46,320 nt of DNA from a virus (Duplodnaviria; Caudoviricetes): the IMG/VR virus record IMGVR_UViG_3300046804_003679, positions 1-46,320 of that record; one strand, 5' to 3'. Below are positions 40,848-46,320 of this stretch, in pieces. The stretch's first letter is position 1. Every line of letters begins with the position of its first letter. Made by a program: the position numbers and the translations under genes. Below the pieces are notes generated by a model. The model was not told where the DNA came from, made no database searches, and was given only the letters and a program-made list of their open reading frames with translations.

Positions 40848-41115
40848 AAAAATTCTTTAGGACCCAATCGTCCAGCCAACGCCCTAACGGCGCTCGAATC
40901 CTGTTCTGTACCTCAACGGGCAATTTGTTGATGTCGAGGTAGTCACAGACCTTTAAACGAAACTCAATATACTTGGCCGTCTCTTTGTCCAGTATTTCCA
41001 CTGGCGCGTCGGCCGAGTCAAAGTAGTAGAGGTTACAGACCAGGACACGAATCCCCCGAAGTCTCCCATTGGAATCTTCTAAGGCACCCTGGATCTGGTA
41101 AACGTATTCGTTCAT
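40774..41115 (-). CDS. Hypothetical protein
   Basis: 113 aa ORF starting 5 nt after a late promoter motif. Confidence 0.6.
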   Translation of the reverse strand: MNEYVYQIQGALEDSNGRLRGIRVLVCNLYYFDSADAPVEILDKETAKYIEFRLKVCDYLDINKLPVEVQNRIRAPLGRWLDDWVLKNFYGNTSNRKDPNPGLLETGKQNPAG

Positions 41116-41120
41116 ACACC

Positions 41121-41151
41121 TACTAATGCAAACAATTGATTAATATAGCCC
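41121..41151 (-). promoter_or_regulatory. Putative phage late promoter GGGCT-N16-TGCATTAGTA
   Basis: First copy of motif at head of late region; one mismatch. Confidence 0.65.
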
Positions 41152-41186
41152 CGATAGTTTTTAACTATCAATTTTGCTCGCAGAAG

Positions 41187-41295
41187 TTACGCACTTTACG
41201 CACTTTCGGGGGTTAATTCCAGTTTATCCTCTATCTTTATTTTTTATTTTTTAAAAATAATAAAAATAATAAAGTAACCCCCGCAACCCCCGCAA
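41187..41295. repeat. AT-rich imperfect palindrome flanked by tandem 9-mers (origin-like)
   Basis: TTACGCACT x2; CGGGGGTTA...TAACCCCCG inverted; AACCCCCGC x2; A/T core. Confidence 0.55.
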
Positions 41296-41575
41296 GCGCG
41301 TCAAACATCAAGGACTTAGCGCATTTCATTTCACATTGTGAAATTTACTCTACAAAATTTACAAAAAAAATTTTTACAAAAGCGGGTTTTTGTAAAGGAA
41401 AGTGCCAGGGGTGGTGAGCTTGGTCTTGGTGGGGCCCCCGCCGCCCCTCCCCGCCACGGGACCCAAATTGGTGCATCGCCGCATAAAAAAGGCGCCCCAT
41501 GCACCAAACTGGTGCACAGATTCACTGCCTTGGTGCACGTGCACCAGTTTGGTGCACAGCTCGACGCGCCTCGAT

Positions 41576-41682
41576 GTTAGTGAGCGCTCACTAACTTAGG
41601 GCAGACGTAGCTCGGTAAAGAAGTGAGTACTTACTAACATGGCTGATCGGCGACTGAGCTAAGTTAGTGAGTACTCACTTAC
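41576..41682. repeat. Three 20-bp palindromic boxes GTTAGTGAGyrCTCACTAAC at 43-44 bp spacing
   Basis: 41576-41595 perfect palindrome; 41619-41638 and 41663-41682 degenerate copies. Confidence 0.75.
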
Positions 41683-41953
41683 TTGGTGCAGTGCAACATG
41701 GCTATTAGGGTAAACACCTATTGACGGATTGGACGCGTTTTAAGGGGCCTAGGAGCCGCGCAGGGCAGAGATGGGGTCAAGGTATTACCTCACTGGCGAT
41801 CGTGGCGCTATGGCGCTGAGGTACGCTGGGAGAGGGTTACGCGGGTGCGAGGGCAGAGGGGTGAGGTGGGCGAGGATTTGCAGATATTTCGCATTGTGGA
41901 ATCCCCACAATCACCCACAAAACCCCACAGTTTAGTCGGGTATTAAATAGGTT

Positions 41954-41982
41954 TTGCAATTCATTTCAAAGGTCATTACAAT
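41954..41982 (+). promoter_or_regulatory. Sigma70-type early promoter
   Basis: TTGCAA-N17-TACAAT upstream of early gene cluster. Confidence 0.7.
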
Positions 41983-42253
41983 AAAGCATCGGCACTTTGA
42001 TCACAGCAGTGAATTATCGGGATGATAATAATGCGCAGATTAGTGTTGACAGCGTGGCGCCACTGTACGGCGCTCGAGGTGACTAAGTACCAGCCTCGCT
42101 AAACGTGTGGCAGACCTCACGCATAGTGCGAGACGTGAGCGAAGAGTTACCCACGGCGTAGGCTGTCGCAACAGTGGGCAGATAGTAATGCTCAGAGTGC
42201 ATTGTTTACCAGTGTGCTCGAGGCAGTACTAACCAACCATGAGGATTATCACC

Positions 42254-42565
42254 ATGAAAACAGTAACGTTAAGTACAGGTAGTTTTGACCAAGATAATAC
42301 ATTCAGTATTACCCCACTCAAGTATGCGACCTGCAAGTTATACCAAGGTTATCAAACTGAGGATGATGGTATATACTGGGTAATGCAGTGCAGTGCGATG
42401 CTTAAATCACATTATACCGATAAGGATCGTGAAGAGAGTGAGCGCCTGATGAACCCAGCCAATGCCATCGCAGACGGTGAGATTGTGTTAATCGATGGTA
42501 AGCAACACAAGTTGAGATTCATAGGCAATTACAGCAATTGCGGATTTTTTGACCCAGTACAATAA
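42254..42565 (+). CDS. Hypothetical early protein
   Basis: ORF with GAGG RBS before MKTVTL start. Confidence 0.75.
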   Translation: MKTVTLSTGSFDQDNTFSITPLKYATCKLYQGYQTEDDGIYWVMQCSAMLKSHYTDKDREESERLMNPANAIADGEIVLIDGKQHKLRFIGNYSNCGFFDPVQ

Positions 42566-42568
42566 ACA

Positions 42569-42624
42569 GGTCGAAACCGTGGTACAATCCACGGTCTACG
42601 CGTAATGCGCGTACTGATGAGACC
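42569..42624 (+). ncRNA. Hammerhead ribozyme, type II topology
   Basis: GGUC-GAA-ACCGUGG(uacaau)CCACGGU-C^-UACGCG(uaaug)CGCGUA-CUGAUGA-GACC: full catalytic core with three perfectly paired stems; cleavage after C42596. Confidence 0.9.
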
Positions 42625-42641
42625 AACCAACAGGAGGATTT

Positions 42642-42947
42642 ATGTACACCATCAACATCGGATTAGAAAACCCAGTCACTGGGCACAATAACAGCGTCGA
42701 TCAGACCTTGGCAGTCGCGCTCAAGTACCTCAAGGGTATCAATAACGTGCGCGTCTCACTGGACGGCGCTGAGCCAACCGTCATTATCGAGTACTTCGAG
42801 CCCATCGGGTTTATTAAGACCCTGAGCGCCGAGCTCGATCAGGACTGCGTGGCAGTGTTTGACCACGATATCAACCAAGGTACGCTGATCGGCAACAAGG
42901 CCGACCAGTGGGGCGATTTTGACATCCAGTACTTTCAATTCATTTAA
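42642..42947 (+). CDS. Putative S-adenosylmethionine lyase (T3 SAMase-like anti-restriction protein)
   Basis: AEPTVII and LDQDCVAVF resemble T3 SAMase EKTVRV / EQDCVLVY as recalled; early position; AGGAGG RBS. Confidence 0.6.
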   Translation: MYTINIGLENPVTGHNNSVDQTLAVALKYLKGINNVRVSLDGAEPTVIIEYFEPIGFIKTLSAELDQDCVAVFDHDINQGTLIGNKADQWGDFDIQYFQFI

Positions 42948-42959
42948 TCAGGAGGCAGT

Positions 42960-43226
42960 ATGAAACCATTCGAGCACAACAATTTTAAGATCACCCCAAT
43001 CGGTGAGATATATGATGGGTACAGCAATACCGACGGCTATTTTCTATTCCAAACATTGGACTACGAGCCAATCGTCGACGATGAGATCGATGAGGCTTTT
43101 GCCCAATTGTGGTACCAAGAGGGCAACGGCGCGGGTACCAGTTTTTGCAAATCATACAGGATCATGCGCGACGGCATTTTAGATGATCGCGCTGTCGTAG
43201 TGGTTCAATTCGGTATGGATATTTAA
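42960..43226 (+). CDS. Hypothetical early protein
   Basis: 88 aa, AGGAGG RBS. Confidence 0.75.
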   Translation: MKPFEHNNFKITPIGEIYDGYSNTDGYFLFQTLDYEPIVDDEIDEAFAQLWYQEGNGAGTSFCKSYRIMRDGILDDRAVVVVQFGMDI

Positions 43227-43238
43227 TCAGGAGGATAT

Positions 43239-43394
43239 ATGTTAACCAATTCTAAAATTCAACAAATCGCGACCCAGTTTGGCATTTCACTGGACTCAGA
43301 CAAACTAGAACAGTTTGCCAATTATGTATACGACCTTGGGTGGAGTGACGGCGAAGAGTTTATGGCTGAGCGCATTCAATCATCGGATGACTAG
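43239..43394 (+). CDS. Small hypothetical early protein (51 aa, absent from ORF track)
   Basis: MLTNSKIQQIATQFGISLDSDKLEQFANYVYDLGWSDGEEFMAERIQSSDD; AGGAGG RBS. Confidence 0.7.
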   Translation: MLTNSKIQQIATQFGISLDSDKLEQFANYVYDLGWSDGEEFMAERIQSSDD

Positions 43395-43447
43395 CTCAAC
43401 CTATGAGCCACTAACCCAGTATAATAATCACATCAACAGGAGAAATT

Positions 43448-43666
43448 ATGAGCTACGATCAAGACTGCGCTAAGATTTGGAACCCAACCGGCGACATCAT
43501 ATTCGAGGTGCGGATGGATCCGCTCGGTGCCGGTAAGTATGACGTGTGGGCGGTGCAGAGTGGTTACGCTCGAGCCGTATCAGCAGAGTGGTTTGACAGT
43601 CGCGATGAGGCACTTGCATTCTTCAACGCGCGGGATTACAATCAATGGATGGAGGAATTAAAATGA
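43448..43666 (+). CDS. Hypothetical early protein
   Basis: 72 aa, AGGAG RBS. Confidence 0.7.
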   Translation: MSYDQDCAKIWNPTGDIIFEVRMDPLGAGKYDVWAVQSGYARAVSAEWFDSRDEALAFFNARDYNQWMEELK

Positions 43667-43917
43667 AAGCATTACAAAACTATGTAAAACGGGCCAATGA
43701 GTGGAATGCCGTTTTCAATCGCGGTCAATACGACTTAGACAATCCTAAGGATCGTCAGCGCTTAGCTCAGCGCATTGACGCAGAGCTGAGCCCCGAGAAT
43801 CTTCACTGCGATGGTGAGATCTCACACGCTGAGGCTAGTCGTAAGTACAACCGACTCATCCGAGTCGCCGAGCAGTTAAAAAAGCTCGATCCAACCGTTC
43901 AATTTTGGGAGGTGTAA
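43663..43917 (+). CDS. Hypothetical early protein (LSPENLHCDGE motif)
   Basis: GGAGG RBS before MKALQ; overlaps upstream stop. Confidence 0.75.
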   Translation: MKALQNYVKRANEWNAVFNRGQYDLDNPKDRQRLAQRIDAELSPENLHCDGEISHAEASRKYNRLIRVAEQLKKLDPTVQFWEV

Positions 43918-43918
43918 C

Positions 43919-44194
43919 ATGGCAGATTTACAATTCGCAGTGCGCAAACTAGAGCGCGATTTTTACCAAGAGTATTATCTCGAGGTATGGGAGTGGGTGC
44001 AGGGCGCTGACAGGTTTGCGGATAAGCTGTCGGTGCTGTACAAGATCCTCAGCAACAGCGGATCGGAGTGGTCGGGCGGTCACAGCGCGACTAATTTGGA
44101 AGAGCGCGTAAAGCGCGACGTTGCGCTCAGTATTATGAGCACCGTCATCAATCAGATGAGGTATGCAGATATTAAAGAAACGGAGGCGGTATGA
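43919..44194 (+). CDS. Hypothetical early protein
   Basis: 91 aa, GGAGG RBS. Confidence 0.7.
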   Translation: MADLQFAVRKLERDFYQEYYLEVWEWVQGADRFADKLSVLYKILSNSGSEWSGGHSATNLEERVKRDVALSIMSTVINQMRYADIKETEAV

Positions 44195-44460
44195 CACGCA
44201 AACACAGACTAGCATTCAACGCGCTTAAAAAACTGGGCGTACCGGTGTACGAGCGGTGCGACATTGAGAATTTTCAGATCAGCGCCGAGCGTAATTTTGA
44301 CCCTGAGTGTGGCAACACGTTATGGGCAGATTACTATGAGGGGTATACAATTGGTGACGACTGGGAGTTTGGTGTCAATCCAATCATTACCAAGACGTTA
44401 AGCAAGTACGGTCTCCACGCGGAGTGGATCAACGCAGGTGAACTGGGAGTGTACGAATGA
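44191..44460 (+). CDS. Hypothetical early protein
   Basis: 89 aa, coupled ATGA, GGAGG RBS. Confidence 0.75.
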   Translation: MTRKHRLAFNALKKLGVPVYERCDIENFQISAERNFDPECGNTLWADYYEGYTIGDDWEFGVNPIITKTLSKYGLHAEWINAGELGVYE

Positions 44461-44651
44461 ATAAATATGTGGTGACCTATGTGCGCGAGTCGTACTACAC
44501 GGTAGTGATCGAGGCAGAAGATATTGCACAGGCAAACAAAAAAGCAAAAGATGTAAGTATTTCAGACCTTGAACACGATTATGACAGTGGTGTTTATAAA
44601 CTATACGGGGTGAAAAATGACATACGAAATACAGCAGTTAACAGTTTGTGA
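44457..44651 (+). CDS. Hypothetical early protein
   Basis: 64 aa, coupled ATGA; V.IEAED..QA motif. Confidence 0.65.
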   Translation: MNKYVVTYVRESYYTVVIEAEDIAQANKKAKDVSISDLEHDYDSGVYKLYGVKNDIRNTAVNSL

Positions 44652-44841
44652 TGGGTGGGTCAACACGTGGCTCTCATGGGATGACCAAGGCAACGTGGTG
44701 CCTGAGACGTTTAATACTTATGCAGACGCGTCAATGGCACTAGACGAATATTTAGATGACATGGACTACGAGTTTGAGTCGGGCAATATTGACTCACCAT
44801 ATAATCGTGACGAATTTAAAATTGTGGAGGTGGCAACATGA
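44617..44841 (+). CDS. Hypothetical early protein
   Basis: 74 aa acidic ORF. Confidence 0.7.
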   Translation: MTYEIQQLTVCDGWVNTWLSWDDQGNVVPETFNTYADASMALDEYLDDMDYEFESGNIDSPYNRDEFKIVEVAT

Positions 44842-45110
44842 GCACAAACGTAGATAATTTGAGTGACGCAGAGGTGTCACAAATAACCATATACGCAAAA
44901 GGGTTAATTGAGGGCATTAGGGACGTCTTGCCAAAAGACAAGGCAGACTTTATACTCGAAGATTATTGGTACGCGTGGGACAATACAATCGATATGAACA
45001 TTATGTACGACCCACAATACAATAACCACGTGCTCTGTTTATATCCGGTGTATAATCAGGTGCGTGATGATTCAACATTTCAACGATTCATTTTGGGGAC
45101 AGGGGGATAA
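44838..45110 (+). CDS. Hypothetical early protein
   Basis: 90 aa, GGAGG RBS, coupled ATGA. Confidence 0.7.
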   Translation: MSTNVDNLSDAEVSQITIYAKGLIEGIRDVLPKDKADFILEDYWYAWDNTIDMNIMYDPQYNNHVLCLYPVYNQVRDDSTFQRFILGTGG

Positions 45111-45111
45111 C

Positions 45112-45420
45112 ATGACATTTACATTAGCAGACGTAAACAACATCGAGTTTGACGAGCCAGTGACCGACGCGGAGTACTACGCGTCCCTACAACGCGCAAT
45201 CAATGCCGGAATGTGGTCACTACAAGGATCGTATGGTCGTACGATGATGGAGGCGATCGAGTCCGGCAAGTGCCTACTCGGTCTCAAGAGCGCCAGTGAT
45301 TACTGGGGCAACGTTATCCCATCGCGCCTCCAAGTAAAGGATGGTACCAAGGGATCGTGGGAGTATGTAAAGCAACGCAACGGTGTAGTATGGGCGAACA
45401 AAATGGCAGGAGTGAAATAA
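45112..45420 (+). CDS. Hypothetical early protein (WSLQGSYGR motif)
   Basis: Start at MTFTL after GGGGGA RBS. Confidence 0.7.
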   Translation: MTFTLADVNNIEFDEPVTDAEYYASLQRAINAGMWSLQGSYGRTMMEAIESGKCLLGLKSASDYWGNVIPSRLQVKDGTKGSWEYVKQRNGVVWANKMAGVK

Positions 45421-45421
45421 C

Positions 45422-45628
45422 ATGGCAACCTATTTTTTTGGTAACATCGAGTTTGGGGATTTTGTGAAAGGTGATGACCACTACCCCATCGCGCTGATCC
45501 ATGAGGTGCAAAACACGCGCGAGTTTGCCACGGAGGATGAGGCAGACGCGTACATGGTCGAGCAGGGGTACAACGCGTACTTAAACGTCGATTCTAAGAA
45601 CATTGAAATATACTTTGCAAAAAAGTAA
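45422..45628 (+). CDS. Hypothetical early protein
   Basis: 68 aa, AGGAG RBS. Confidence 0.7.
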   Translation: MATYFFGNIEFGDFVKGDDHYPIALIHEVQNTREFATEDEADAYMVEQGYNAYLNVDSKNIEIYFAKK

Positions 45629-45643
45629 AAAGGTCTGTATAAT
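45615..45643 (+). promoter_or_regulatory. Sigma70-type promoter
   Basis: TTGCAA-N17-TATAAT. Confidence 0.7.
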
Positions 45644-45664
45644 AAAATCTTTAACGGAGGAATT

Positions 45665-45973
45665 ATGAACACAATCACAGTACCATCATTTAACGAAGTA
45701 CCTGCATTCACAGTTGATTTAGTTGACCAGTTGGGTGTATTGAAACAAACCATCGACGAGCTCGAGTCCACAGCTCGTAAGCTCAAGGCAGAGCTCATCC
45801 GTCGTGGTGTCGGCACCTACGAGGGCGCTAAGTTTTTTGCTGAGGTGCAACACTATGACCGCGCCACGATCAGCCCAACCCTTGTGCGTAAGTTCAGCAA
45901 CGAGGATTTTGTGAAGAGCGTGACCGAGGTCAAAGCTGTCGACGCAGTCGTAGTCAAACCACTGGGGGTGTAA
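45665..45973 (+). CDS. Hypothetical coiled-coil protein
   Basis: 102 aa, GGAGG RBS, downstream of promoter. Confidence 0.75.
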   Translation: MNTITVPSFNEVPAFTVDLVDQLGVLKQTIDELESTARKLKAELIRRGVGTYEGAKFFAEVQHYDRATISPTLVRKFSNEDFVKSVTEVKAVDAVVVKPLGV

Positions 45974-45974
45974 T

Positions 45975-46124
45975 ATGAAACTGACAGTGATTGGCGCCAG
46001 TGCTGAGGGCAGTATTTTTGCCTTTGGGCTGTACGAGACAGTGAAAAAAGCAGAAGAGCGGATCGAGAGCTTACGAGAAAAGCACCCTAGCATTTCGTTC
46101 TTTTGGGTTAAGATAAACAAATAG
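45975..46124 (+). CDS. Small hypothetical protein (49 aa)
   Basis: MKLTVIGASAEGSIFAFGLYETVKKAEERIESLREKHPSISFFWVKINK fills the gap between genes. Confidence 0.55.
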   Translation: MKLTVIGASAEGSIFAFGLYETVKKAEERIESLREKHPSISFFWVKINK

Positions 46125-46133
46125 GGAGGGCAT

Positions 46134-46320
46134 ATGCAGATCGGTGACGTACTACACAACGGCGCTACCGTGATCGAGTTTAGTGACAGCGCAATACTGG
46201 CTAAGTGGGTAAATGAGATCACGCCATACGTAACATGGCGCTATTTTAACGACGATCCCAGGTCAACATCATGGGGTCACTATTTTAGTAATCTTGAAGA
46301 CGCAGTAAAAGATTTTGAGG
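46134..46320 (+). CDS. Hypothetical protein, 3'-truncated
   Basis: GGAGG RBS; MQIGDVLHNG...WGHYF... open to the window end. Confidence 0.65.
   Translation, partial: MQIGDVLHNGATVIEFSDSAILAKWVNEITPYVTWRYFNDDPRSTSWGHYFSNLEDAVKDFE

Noticed and set aside
41331-41599. Short ORFs in the control region
   Set aside because: Low-complexity translations of repeats with no convincing RBS
41576-41682. Regularly spaced palindromes as a mini-CRISPR array
   Set aside because: Only three degenerate 20-bp loopless palindromes with 23-24 bp gaps and no cas genes in the window; operator-like sites fit better
43397-43425. Promoter at TATAAT 43420-43425
   Set aside because: No recognisable -35 box or extended -10; insufficient support

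Overview
This window is part of a tailed dsDNA phage genome with podovirus-like morphogenesis genes; a freshwater proteobacterial host is a guess only. It has four parts. (1) The 3' part of a family A DNA polymerase (+). (2) About 40 kb of late genes on the minus strand: terminase, portal, GroES-like co-chaperonin, scaffold, capsid, collagen-like fibre plus glycosyltransferase, three S74-chaperone tail fibres, lysis genes, adaptor/nozzle and ejection/cargo proteins. (3) A ~1.1 kb non-coding control region with palindrome arrays. (4) A divergent cluster of small early genes (+). Most notable: about 25 copies of a [FYMLK]-x-x-G-G motif that mark module boundaries in putative virion cargo proteins, including a six-module ART/peptidase-like polyprotein. 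Also notable are a complete type II hammerhead ribozyme directly upstream of a T3-like SAM lyase candidate, a free-standing apparently inactive intein coupled to terL, and a bipartite late promoter GGGCG-N16-TGCATTAGTA. All family assignments come from motifs read by eye; no database search was run.
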